A DNA stretch of 64,000 bases. Origin: Cyanobacteria bacterium auto_48_18. Its GTDB lineage: Bacteria; Cyanobacteriota; Vampirovibrionia; Obscuribacterales; Obscuribacteraceae. Every line of letters starts with the position of its first letter. Positions within the stretch are counted from its first letter, which is position 1. Shown piece by piece: positions 46,358-55,187 of the stretch. The position numbers were made by a program, and so were the translations under genes. The stretch is taken from the NCBI GenBank assembly GCA_036170915.1, contig JAVHQC010000022.1:127320-191319 (forward strand). The letters run 5' to 3'. The notes below the pieces were generated by a model. It ran no database searches. It had not been told where the DNA came from and worked only from the letters and a program-made list of their open reading frames with translations.

Positions 46358-47146
46358 ATGCGACACGATAACTATCTTGGTTTTGACGACGAATTCGCGT
46401 TGGATGGCTCCGCCGTCTGTCCCGCGTGTCAGTCAAGATCATTCACTCCCCTCAACGCCAACACCTTGTTTGGTATCGACGTTTCACACCATCAGGGCAC
46501 CATTGACTGGAAAAAGGTCAAGGCTGCCGGCGTCCAGTACGTCTTTCTCAAGGCCACTGAAGGTGCCACTTTCGTCGACAAGATGTATGCCACCAACCGC
46601 GCTGGTGCTAAGGCCGTAGGAATTCCCTCCGGTGCTTATCACTTCTTCCGGCCCAAGGTTGCGGTGCAGACTCAGATCGACAATTTCTTGAAGACTGTTG
46701 GTCCGCTCAGAGAAGGCGAACTTCCTCCGGTGCTCGACGTCGAAGTTCCGGAAGACTGGAAGGGCATTGCCATCGAAGCCCGCGTCAAGATGATTTCCGA
46801 TTGGCTGATTGCCGTGGAAAACAAGCTTGGCGTCAGGCCCATCATCTACATCAACAATCCCATGGCCAGGGATGAACTTGGTGGTGCGCTCATGCTCAAG
46901 GGCTATAAGCTCTGGCTGGCACACTACACCGCTCGTCCGGCGCCCAATGTGCCAGCCCCCTGGACCAATTGGACGTTCTGGCAGTACAGCGAAACTGGCG
47001 TTGTCGACGGCATTCCTACGCCGGCCTGCGACATGAACCGCTTCGCTGGCACCACCGCTGACCTTCAGGCGCTGCTTGTGCCTGCCAGCGGTAAAAAAGT
47101 GCGCCGCAAGATCGTCAGCGTTCTTGCCCGCATTCTAGGCGTCTGA
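46358..47146 (+). CDS. GH25 lysozyme (muramidase) without signal peptide
   Basis: GIDVSHHQG, KATEG, GAYHF, PVLDVE, WTFWQY, DMN. Confidence 0.95.
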   Translation: MRHDNYLGFDDEFALDGSAVCPACQSRSFTPLNANTLFGIDVSHHQGTIDWKKVKAAGVQYVFLKATEGATFVDKMYATNRAGAKAVGIPSGAYHFFRPKVAVQTQIDNFLKTVGPLREGELPPVLDVEVPEDWKGIAIEARVKMISDWLIAVENKLGVRPIIYINNPMARDELGGALMLKGYKLWLAHYTARPAPNVPAPWTNWTFWQYSETGVVDGIPTPACDMNRFAGTTADLQALLVPASGKKVRRKIVSVLARILGV

Positions 47147-47208
47147 CCGACGCATTAACAAAGGCGCTTCCGATTGGCGGAAGCGCAGCAAAGAAAGACT
47201 TCGCTTCA

Positions 47209-47622
47209 ATGAAAGTGCGCACCCTCACTGCAATTTGCCTCGGCATCATTGCACTAACTTTTTCCGCTTCCGGCCCCAGCGTTTCGGCTGTTGCTGCTCC
47301 GGTTCCCACCCCTGCTGTTGTCGCTGCGGCGCCAATGATCGTGGCCAAGCCTGGCTCTCAGGTGATTGCCCGAGCCGGCGAACACGTGATTGCCGTTCAC
47401 GGCTCGAACGTTTGGGCGGAGAAAGGGTCACACGTAGATGCCTACGACGGCTCATTCGTGATGGCCAATTTTGGTTCCACCGTCACTGCATACGCGGGCT
47501 CTCGGGTGGAGGCATACGACGGCACTGTGGTCACTGCAGAAGCAGGTTCGACGGTGGTTACTGAGCACAAGTCTCTGGTAATCGCCAAGCCTGGCTCTAA
47601 CGTGATTGTCGAAATCGAATAG
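47209..47622 (+). CDS. Secreted protein with 11 AxxGSxVx octapeptide repeats (predicted beta-solenoid)
   Basis: Signal peptide, Pro/Ala linker, AKPGSQVI through AKPGSNVI. Confidence 0.8.
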   Translation: MKVRTLTAICLGIIALTFSASGPSVSAVAAPVPTPAVVAAAPMIVAKPGSQVIARAGEHVIAVHGSNVWAEKGSHVDAYDGSFVMANFGSTVTAYAGSRVEAYDGTVVTAEAGSTVVTEHKSLVIAKPGSNVIVEIE

Positions 47623-47683
47623 CCTCGGCCAATCACGTACTAGTTCAACGATAAGCACTTAATTAACAGCAGAAATTTTTACT

Positions 47684-47722
47684 AGCGAAGTCTCAAGTTT
47701 TTCTTGGGACTTCGCTTTTTTC
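47684..47722 (+). terminator. Rho-independent terminator
   Basis: AGCGAAGTCTCAAG / CTTGGGACTTCGCT stem followed by a T-run. Confidence 0.85.
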
Positions 47723-47865
47723 TTTTTATTTTGCTACGCTTGCATATAGTATTAATTTGCTATAGCACCGCATTTGGTGCTTGCTATGCAGAGATTAAAA
47801 TTGGCCGAAACTTTGAACTTTCTGCTCGCTTTTGACGTTTACAGATATAAACGGAGGATTTGCAG

Positions 47866-48912
47866 ATGCTTGAGCGAGCTGAAAACGATAAACGCATTGC
47901 GGCAATTTGGGAAGATGTTCAAAGATTGGCACCGACTGATGCTGATGCCCTTGATATTTTTTACAAGAGTTGGCATGAACACGATCTTGTGCGCTGCCTA
48001 CGCTGTAACGGTAGTAACATCAGTCGCAATCCTGGTGAACGCGAAGGTCAATGCAACGATTGCGGCGAAGCTTGTTGGGTGACTTCTGGAACAATTTTGC
48101 AACGTGCCAGCCTTTTTCAGGGTTATTTGGCCGCAGCGATAATTTGTGAAGAAGGTCTGACAATTAGCGCTCCCGAATTTCATCGACTAACTGGTATTCC
48201 TCAAACTTCGTCCTACAATATTTTTCGCAAGTTGAGGCTGGCCGTGTGCAACCAGATGCCCTCTGAATCGCAAGAATTTTCAGGTCAGCTAGTCAAGCTG
48301 CTAATTGCTAAACGCAGCCTTGAAACGCCTGCAAACTGTCATCCGTTCACGGAGCAAGAGTTGATTGAAGAAATCCTTTTTACTGACACAGAACCGTCTA
48401 GTGATGATGCGGAGGATGTGAATAATGCTGAGGATGTTGTTGAGCAAATCGAAGATCAAAATCTTAGCGAATACGACAAGGTGAAGAAGGTTGTAAAAAG
48501 CTTACTTTCAGAAGTAGGTCTAACAGCCGATAAGATTTCAGTGATGACAGGTTTTAACATTGGAAAGGTGATTGCCAGCTTAAGTGAGTTAGAGCTTTTT
48601 GGCGAAGCGCGCATTGAACCCGGCGGTAAATATTTTAAAATTTCCAGCCATGGTCGGCCTGCAGCAGGAGATTCTGTGGCGGGAGAAATTATTGAAGCGG
48701 TTGCTGTTTTTTTTAAATTTGTAGACGAATATTTTCACCGGGTTGGCCGTAAAAGTATTCAAACTTACCTAGCTGCGCTCTGGTGCGCTCTTGACCGCGA
48801 CCGCTGGGGGCCAGGCTCTATAATCCGCTTGTTTGGCGCACATCCACCTGTGCCTTACCGTCAGGTTCGCGATTATGTTTCGCCGCCACTACTCAAAATT
48901 ATGGTCGGTTAA
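47866..48912 (+). CDS. IS1595-like Zn-ribbon protein with internal winged helix and no recognisable DDE core
   Basis: GGAGGA RBS; CLRC...CNDC...TSGTI; LSELELFGEARIEPGGKY; FHRVGRKSIQTYLA. Confidence 0.6.
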   Translation: MLERAENDKRIAAIWEDVQRLAPTDADALDIFYKSWHEHDLVRCLRCNGSNISRNPGEREGQCNDCGEACWVTSGTILQRASLFQGYLAAAIICEEGLTISAPEFHRLTGIPQTSSYNIFRKLRLAVCNQMPSESQEFSGQLVKLLIAKRSLETPANCHPFTEQELIEEILFTDTEPSSDDAEDVNNAEDVVEQIEDQNLSEYDKVKKVVKSLLSEVGLTADKISVMTGFNIGKVIASLSELELFGEARIEPGGKYFKISSHGRPAAGDSVAGEIIEAVAVFFKFVDEYFHRVGRKSIQTYLAALWCALDRDRWGPGSIIRLFGAHPPVPYRQVRDYVSPPLLKIMVG

Positions 48913-49056
48913 TTAGATTCTGTTTTTTTGATTGTCATTGATTTGTGTTGAATATTTTTTTGATTGAGCGGATTGTTTTGCAATGCGCTCTTTCTGGTGT
49001 TTTGAATTTGTTTTTTGTTGCTGGAAAATTTTAGAGTGAGGCGAATTGGTGAGGTG

Positions 49057-49106
49057 GTAGTTCAGTAAAAGCTAGAGCGATAACGCTCCAGCTTTTACTG
49101 AACTAC
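49057..49106. repeat. 23-bp-stem inverted repeat (GTAG...CTAC) between convergent genes
   Basis: GTAGTTCAGTAAAAGCTAGAGCG-ATAA-CGCTCCAGCTTTTACTGAACTAC with one mismatch. Confidence 0.9.
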
Positions 49107-49171
49107 ACAGCTACAAAACCCCAAAAATCACACAAACTGGCTAAAACATCAAACCCAACCGACCCTAAAAA

Positions 49172-50626
49172 TCAAACCTTTGCAGCGCCACCGAAAGCTT
49201 TAGTCATAGCCCAGAGCACTTTATTGAAAAGTCGTGGAGCCGACAATCCGGCATTGTACATCCGGCTTTCTTGTTCAGGAATTTGCCCAATTGTTAGCAA
49301 CTCGCGGTCGAGTAGCCAGTATGACTCGTAAATATCTGGCATGGCAACTGTGTCTTCTTTGCGATGAAGAGCTGCTGATTTGGCATAGAGCAGCACAGAC
49401 AGCACTCCGGCAATCAAGCAGTTGAAACCAGATAATACCGAGAAACCTGCCGCTGCCGGCCCAAAGTAAGATTTCGAAAATAGTTTGAGATAGATCCAGC
49501 GGTGGAAAAGACGGTTGCATTCTGCGTCTAGATTTTTAAACGGTGACACCATGGCTTTGTCGAGATTGACGTCTCCGAGCACCGGCAAACCTGCTTTGCC
49601 GAAAAGAATTGTTTTCATACCCGACGCTGCATATTTGCTGAATGTTTTGACAACAACCATGGCATTATTCCCTTGCAATGCCTTGCTTTTTTGCATTTGC
49701 CACAGTCTTGAATCGCTGGTGCGTACTGTCGGATAAACAAAAAATCGATAGAACAGCATACGCAATGTCATTTGTTCGATGCCACTGGGGGTGATATCAA
49801 CAGGCGTTTTTAAGTCAGGGCTAAATTCTTTGATTTCGGTAATATTACCATTAGTTAGTTTCAACTTGCGGCCTTGCATTAGAATTTCCGAACACATAAG
49901 CAGCGTATCGAGAATGCTGCAATCATCAGGCTGTTCATCGGCTAAACGCATGCGCTGTTGGACCAGAGCAATCATGCGCTCCTCAATCATCAAATATTCC
50001 GCCCATGTGACCTGGCAAGCGGGAGTAAGAGAAACTGTTTCAAATGGATTGGTATAAACTGCTGTGGCACCGGCTGCGATGGCAGCAAGAACTTCATCCT
50101 CGGCGGCGCGGGCTTCTGGTTTCAACGTGGCTTTTTTGTGCTGTACAGTCAATTTGAAGTGTTCGAGAAGCGCGTCTTTTTGTTCAGTCAGAGGTGCGCC
50201 GACATTGCGCACTGCCGCCATTGAGTTGAAGACAACGCCGGTGTAGACTCCAGTTGGCGTTTCGGCAAAAGTGTAAGGAAAAATGCGGCAGGTCAGCGGT
50301 TTTTGATCTTCGCCCAAATGACCATGAATGAAGCAGAGGTTGTCGATTAGAAACGGACACTTACCTTCCGGCGTCGGTGCCGTGTAATGCGGATAAACAG
50401 CGCTGCCGTCGAGAAATTCTTTTTCGCGGTGAAAGAAGAGGTCTCTTTTTGCCAGATCGGGATGTAGCGAGGCCCAGTCGGTGTCTTTGACGCGACTGTA
50501 ATCTTCTTCAGTCATGCCTACCGACCAGCCAGAGCAGCAGCGGCCGCAACCCTGACAGCTATATTTGACTTCGTCTGGAATGTGCAAGACGATTTGATGT
50601 TCGTGATCGCTTGGATCGGCTTTCAT
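49172..50626 (-). CDS. YkgJ/FliB-like cysteine-cluster protein
   Basis: CQGCGRCC, CPFL...CFIH...KPLTCRIFP. Confidence 0.85.
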   Translation of the reverse strand: MKADPSDHEHQIVLHIPDEVKYSCQGCGRCCSGWSVGMTEEDYSRVKDTDWASLHPDLAKRDLFFHREKEFLDGSAVYPHYTAPTPEGKCPFLIDNLCFIHGHLGEDQKPLTCRIFPYTFAETPTGVYTGVVFNSMAAVRNVGAPLTEQKDALLEHFKLTVQHKKATLKPEARAAEDEVLAAIAAGATAVYTNPFETVSLTPACQVTWAEYLMIEERMIALVQQRMRLADEQPDDCSILDTLLMCSEILMQGRKLKLTNGNITEIKEFSPDLKTPVDITPSGIEQMTLRMLFYRFFVYPTVRTSDSRLWQMQKSKALQGNNAMVVVKTFSKYAASGMKTILFGKAGLPVLGDVNLDKAMVSPFKNLDAECNRLFHRWIYLKLFSKSYFGPAAAGFSVLSGFNCLIAGVLSVLLYAKSAALHRKEDTVAMPDIYESYWLLDRELLTIGQIPEQESRMYNAGLSAPRLFNKVLWAMTKAFGGAAKV

Positions 50627-50633
50627 TGCTCTC

Positions 50634-51215
50634 CTAATGCCAGTGTGAACCGGGCGGATACCAGGCGAAACCCATGAAGTGCATGGTTTCTTTGGCCAGT
50701 AATATTCCCAAAATCGTGCCTACGCAAATTAGCGGGCCCAGTGGAATTTTCCGTTTACCTGCGGCTTTGACGTCGGTCATGTCCACTGTGGCTGAAAGGT
50801 CGACGCCGGCTCCCATTGAGGTGAATGCTAGCCAGAAAGCTTTGTACTGATCTTTGGGAATGGCGCGGATCATAATAATAAGAGCCACAAGTCCGTAGCA
50901 TAAACTGAAATAGAAAAACACCAGCAGTAGCTTCAGCCAGCCCACAAGTGACCCCACGGCGATCATCATTTTGACGTCACCAAAGTGCATGCGCTTGCCT
51001 GGATTGGGAAACATCATGAGCAGCGCCGCCAGGCCCAAACCCAATCCTGAGTTAATGGCGCCGTCCATGCCGTATAGAAACGAGTTGAGTGCCACACCAA
51101 TGACCATGGTGGGGAAAGTCAGCCAGTTATAGATTTTCAGAGTTTTAAGGTCTGTGGCCGCACCAATTGCGGTGGCAACTATGGCGGTAATTTCGGGTGG
51201 TGTTAAATTGCACAA
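50634..51215 (-). CDS. A24 prepilin peptidase (CpaA/TadV-like)
   Basis: TDLKTLKIYNW, GDVK, IPLGP; no methyltransferase domain. Confidence 0.85.
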   Translation of the reverse strand: MCNLTPPEITAIVATAIGAATDLKTLKIYNWLTFPTMVIGVALNSFLYGMDGAINSGLGLGLAALLMMFPNPGKRMHFGDVKMMIAVGSLVGWLKLLLVFFYFSLCYGLVALIIMIRAIPKDQYKAFWLAFTSMGAGVDLSATVDMTDVKAAGKRKIPLGPLICVGTILGILLAKETMHFMGFAWYPPGSHWH

Positions 51216-51233
51216 ATTAAATTAGTGTTCTTC

Positions 51234-51626
51234 TTAGTAAGCGGCTACCAGTTCGATTTCGATGGCCACATCTTTTGGCAGGCGAGAAACTTGCACAGTT
51301 GCTCGGGCCGGCTTGTGACTAGTGAAATATTCCCCGTAGACTTTATTCATCTCGTCAAAATCGTTCATGTCACGCAAAAATACGGTAGTTTTCAAAACAT
51401 TGCTGAAATTACTTCCCGAAGCGGCCAGAATTGCGGCGAGATTTTTCAAAACCTGGTGGGTTTGCTCCACAATTGTGCCTTCCAGGAGCGTCATGGTGGC
51501 AGGGTTTAAGGGAATCTGGCCCGAGACAAATACCATACCGTTATGTTTGATGGCTTGAGAATAAGGGCCGATTGCTTTAGGTGCGTCTTTTGTGGAGACG
51601 ACTTCGAGAGTTATTACTTCCGGCAT
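51234..51626 (-). CDS. ridA: RidA enamine/imine deaminase
   Basis: APKAIGPYSQA, SGQIP, PARATV, EIELVA. Confidence 0.95.
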   Translation of the reverse strand: MPEVITLEVVSTKDAPKAIGPYSQAIKHNGMVFVSGQIPLNPATMTLLEGTIVEQTHQVLKNLAAILAASGSNFSNVLKTTVFLRDMNDFDEMNKVYGEYFTSHKPARATVQVSRLPKDVAIEIELVAAY

Positions 51627-51730
51627 ATTCTTCTCCCAGGTCTTTAGGTTAGTAGATTGAGTAGGTAACTAGGTATGTAGTTACCAAAGTAGGTAAGTAC
51701 GTAGTTAGTTAGACGCAATTAGCCTGCCAT

Positions 51731-51761
51731 AAAAAAACAAGGCATGCAACCAGTGCATGCC
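51731..51761 (-). terminator. Rho-independent terminator downstream of 51829-52449
   Basis: GGCATGCA-N5-TGCATGCC followed on the minus strand by TTGTTTTTTT. Confidence 0.7.
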
Positions 51762-51828
51762 AAGTGTTGTGTGTGATGTGCGTGTGTTAGGTCCGAGTGT
51801 TATCTATAGAACGAGAGAAGATTTGATC

Positions 51829-52449
51829 TTAGAAACCGCTGCCTCCGCCGCCAGAGCCGCCAAGCACGCCGCCTAATACTCCGCTGCCTACGCTGATGCC
51901 GCCGCTTCCTACTGAAGCGCCTACGCCGTTACCATTGTCAACGGCTACCGAAGGATTGCCGGCACCATCATAAGTGACGCCTGTGCGCACATTGCCTACA
52001 CGCGAATAGATTTCACCTGTAGATGGAGTGACTGAAAACAAAGTGCCTGTGCGAGGATTAATGGTGGTGATGGCATCATCAAGAACGCTGGTGAAACGTG
52101 GTGGCGCAATTACTTGCTGGCCGAAACCGAATACTGGGGCCAATCCTGCTGTATTGGCATAAGGCAAGTTCAAGTGGCCTAAGCCGGTTGTCACCGACCC
52201 CAGGCCTTTCTTAGTCACTCCCGTACCGCGGCCGTAAAGCCTAGATTCGCCAATACCTTGACCAGTTTTAAAACTGCCGCGACCATAATCGCCGCTGGCT
52301 GCCATAGATTCGTTGGCATTGCCGCCCCCGGTGCTCAATGTGCTCAGATCGTAGTTTTGAGCCAGAGCCGGAGAGTTGGAAAGCACTGTCACTGCAGCGC
52401 ACGCTAGAGAGACGGAAGATAGCTGTTTAAACAAATTGAGGATGTTCAT
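51829..52449 (-). CDS. Secreted Gly-rich hypothetical protein
   Basis: Signal peptide ending PALA-Q; Gly/Ser-rich. Confidence 0.75.
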   Translation of the reverse strand: MNILNLFKQLSSVSLACAAVTVLSNSPALAQNYDLSTLSTGGGNANESMAASGDYGRGSFKTGQGIGESRLYGRGTGVTKKGLGSVTTGLGHLNLPYANTAGLAPVFGFGQQVIAPPRFTSVLDDAITTINPRTGTLFSVTPSTGEIYSRVGNVRTGVTYDGAGNPSVAVDNGNGVGASVGSGGISVGSGVLGGVLGGSGGGGSGF

Positions 52450-52455
52450 TTCAAA

Positions 52456-53130
52456 TTACCTGCCGTGATTTGGCGCGATGTCGATATCGACAGACCCTTG
52501 TGACACTGGGGGAAGCCTTTGTCTGCTTGATGTGAGGATGCCAGGCAGAATACCGCCCAAAAAGTTGTTCACCGCTCTGTCGGCGCCGTACATACTCTGA
52601 TAATAGCCGCCCTGATTCTGGTTGAAACCATAATCAAAGTGGCGATTGTTCACCGGCAGTGCGGAGCCGTCGAAGGATCCTGGTGCCATCAAACCGGTTT
52701 CGGTTTTGCGCAAACCAAAGTTAGCGCCGTTACCCATAACCGGGTTGCTTTTTCTAGTGATTCGAGGACTGAGATCAAGGGTTGGGTCGCTGTTGTGACC
52801 CGTTCTGGCGCTCATGTGCGCTTGTTCGCCGGTGGCGGCCATGGAGCGCTCGGCTTGAGTGCCACCGATAATGGTGAACCCTGGTCCGCCTCCTTGAGGC
52901 ACATTCATTAAAGTCGGGGTGTTCGGCAAGTTGAGGAAACCTTGAGGGCCGTTGGGGCCCATGGTCACACCACCTACGTTACTGGTATCGAAACTCTGTG
53001 CCTGAGCGGCAATCGAGCCAGATGTGGCCAGTGCCAGGCTGGTTAAAACCAGAGCTGATACGTTCCTTCTGAACAAACGACCATTAATATAATTTGGCAT
53101 ATAGCAACCTGAGTAGGTAACGAGGATCAA
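52456..53130 (-). CDS. Secreted Gly/Asn-rich hypothetical protein (start probably at MPNY)
   Basis: Signal peptide ending AQA-Q; related to its neighbour. Confidence 0.75.
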   Translation of the reverse strand: MILVTYSGCYMPNYINGRLFRRNVSALVLTSLALATSGSIAAQAQSFDTSNVGGVTMGPNGPQGFLNLPNTPTLMNVPQGGGPGFTIIGGTQAERSMAATGEQAHMSARTGHNSDPTLDLSPRITRKSNPVMGNGANFGLRKTETGLMAPGSFDGSALPVNNRHFDYGFNQNQGGYYQSMYGADRAVNNFLGGILPGILTSSRQRLPPVSQGSVDIDIAPNHGR

Positions 53131-53351
53131 GTGATTTATGTTTTTAGTAAGTTAGCTGCAAAAAGGCTACTTTTTCAGCTGACAGCCCCATCTATCTTAT
53201 GCCCGCGAAAGCGAGCAATAAATCGGGCCTTAGATAGAAAATAATAAGCCCGACACCCACCCTTGTCAACAGGAATTCGGCCTGTACACAAGTTAAATCT
53301 CAGCAGTTGGTCAGCTTCCAGAGTGTTAGTGTTGAATCTTTGAGGAGCCCA

Positions 53352-54332
53352 ATGCTTTTTCTCGGACTGGAATCTAGTTGTGACGAAACTGCTGTAGCCA
53401 TTGTCGAAGACGGCCGCAAGGTAATTTCCAGCCGGCTGATTTCACAAACCGAGGTGCATAAAGCTTTTGGTGGAGTGGTGCCGGAAGTGGCGGCGCGCCG
53501 GCATCTGGAAGTAATAAACGATCTGGTTCAGGAAGTTTTAGACGAAGCCGCCATCGACCCGCGCACTTTGGCCGGAGTGGCTTGTACCACAGGTCCTGGG
53601 CTGATTGGTACTTTGCTGGTGGGCCTGTCTTGTGCCAAAGCTCTGGCCTGGTCTTACGATCTGCCCTTGCTTGCCGTCGATCACATTTTTGCTCATGTGT
53701 GCGCCAACTATATTGACACCGATCTAGAGCCGCCTTTCATCGCGCTGGTGGTCAGCGGTGGCCACACTCAGATTATGCATTTTGAAGACTACAAGCAAGC
53801 TACCATTATTGGACAGACCATAGATGATGCCTCCGGTGAAGCTTATGACAAAGTAGCTCGTTTACTTGGTCTGGGTTACCCAGGTGGTCCGGCAATTGAT
53901 CAGGCTGCCATTAAGGGAAACCCCAAGGCTTTTCGATTCCCCGAAGGTGTGGTTTCTGGTAGTGACTTCAGCTTTAGCGGGCTCAAGACGGCAGTGATGC
54001 GCACAGTGGAAAACCTTAAGGGCGCTGATAACACAGTTAGTCAGTTGCCTGTTAACGATCTTGCTGCGTCATTCCAGGATGCAGTTAACCGCGTGCTCTT
54101 CCGCAAAACCCTTGCTGTGGCTGAGTCAGCAGGTATTTCTCAAATTGTTCTGGCAGGCGGAGTAGCAGCCAATTCAGACTTGCGAAAACGTTTTGAGAGC
54201 CTTGATCAGTTTAGAATTTTCCGTCCATCTCCGGCTCTCTGTACCGATAATGCAGTTATGGTTGCCGCGGCGGCTTTCTATAGTGGTGAGCCAGTCTCTT
54301 TTTCCGTCAGTGCATATTCCCGCCAACGTTAG
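53352..54332 (+). CDS. tsaD: tRNA N6-threonylcarbamoyladenosine synthesis protein TsaD
   Basis: LESSCDET, GGVVPEVAAR.H, SGGHT, YPGGP, GGVAAN, CTDN; GAGGAG RBS before ATG 53352. Confidence 0.96.
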   Translation: MLFLGLESSCDETAVAIVEDGRKVISSRLISQTEVHKAFGGVVPEVAARRHLEVINDLVQEVLDEAAIDPRTLAGVACTTGPGLIGTLLVGLSCAKALAWSYDLPLLAVDHIFAHVCANYIDTDLEPPFIALVVSGGHTQIMHFEDYKQATIIGQTIDDASGEAYDKVARLLGLGYPGGPAIDQAAIKGNPKAFRFPEGVVSGSDFSFSGLKTAVMRTVENLKGADNTVSQLPVNDLAASFQDAVNRVLFRKTLAVAESAGISQIVLAGGVAANSDLRKRFESLDQFRIFRPSPALCTDNAVMVAAAAFYSGEPVSFSVSAYSRQR

Positions 54333-54544
54333 CTTTGCGGCTACTGCACTTCGTTTTATCAACATTGCTATTAAGGCGATTGCCATATTTCTATGGTGCT
54401 TCCCCTAGAGTGCAGTCTTGCCGATATCCTCTGTAAGGTAACTCGTGATAGCATGGCTATACTGACCCCTTAAGGGTTGAGCCGAGTAAAAGTGGTCTTA
54501 TTTATTAGACCGTTAAGGAAACCCCTATATACAGGTGGCACTCT

Positions 54545-54877
54545 ATGGTTTTCCAGGATAAGGATATTAATTGTCGCGATTGCAATAAGGCTTTTGTTTT
54601 CTCAGCCGGAGAGCAAGAGTTTTTTAGTGCAAAAGGGCTTGTTAACGAGCCGAAACGCTGTCCTAACTGTCGCATCTTAATGCGTGTGCAGCGCAACGGC
54701 GATGATCCTGGACGTACAGCCGAAGTTGCTTGTGCTGAGTGTGGCTCGCCCACTCGCGTGCCATTCCAACCTAAAGGTTATAAGCCTGTTTATTGCACCT
54801 ATTGCTTCCGCACGCGCAAAGCTGAAGGTGATGGGCAAAAAGAAGATACTGATGTCGCTCAAGTGGCAAGCGCCTGA
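54545..54877 (+). CDS. Zinc-ribbon CxxC-x17-CxxC protein
   Basis: CRDC..FVFSAGEQEFF...PKRCPNC; CAECG...VPF.P...PVYC..C. Confidence 0.9.
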   Translation: MVFQDKDINCRDCNKAFVFSAGEQEFFSAKGLVNEPKRCPNCRILMRVQRNGDDPGRTAEVACAECGSPTRVPFQPKGYKPVYCTYCFRTRKAEGDGQKEDTDVAQVASA

Positions 54878-55187
54878 TTTGTTTACACGGCTCGCGAAAA
54901 TCTCAGTAATTTAACCCGGAAATTTTGAATGCTGCAAAGAGGCAGGCGCCTGTGTATTGGTGTCTTATTAGCCAACAGAGCAGCATTTTTTTTCGCCAGG
55001 CCAAACCCAGTCGTTATTTGCAGTTGCCAGGTGGGCAAGTCAGAAAAACCTCTTAAACTTCACAAAATTTGCTACTGCCTTTTGGAATGCAACGTTGTGA
55101 AAGTGGGTGCGTATAATAATCGAATGTAATTGATAGCGTTTGATTTAATCAGTAGCCAAGCGCTTTCGGAGTGAAATTAGGAGCCGC

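Noticed and set aside
45870..47622. Prophage
   Set aside because: No integrase, structural, packaging or replication genes nearby.
47740..49110. Intact insertion sequence
   Set aside because: No terminal inverted repeats, target duplication or DDE triad could be identified.
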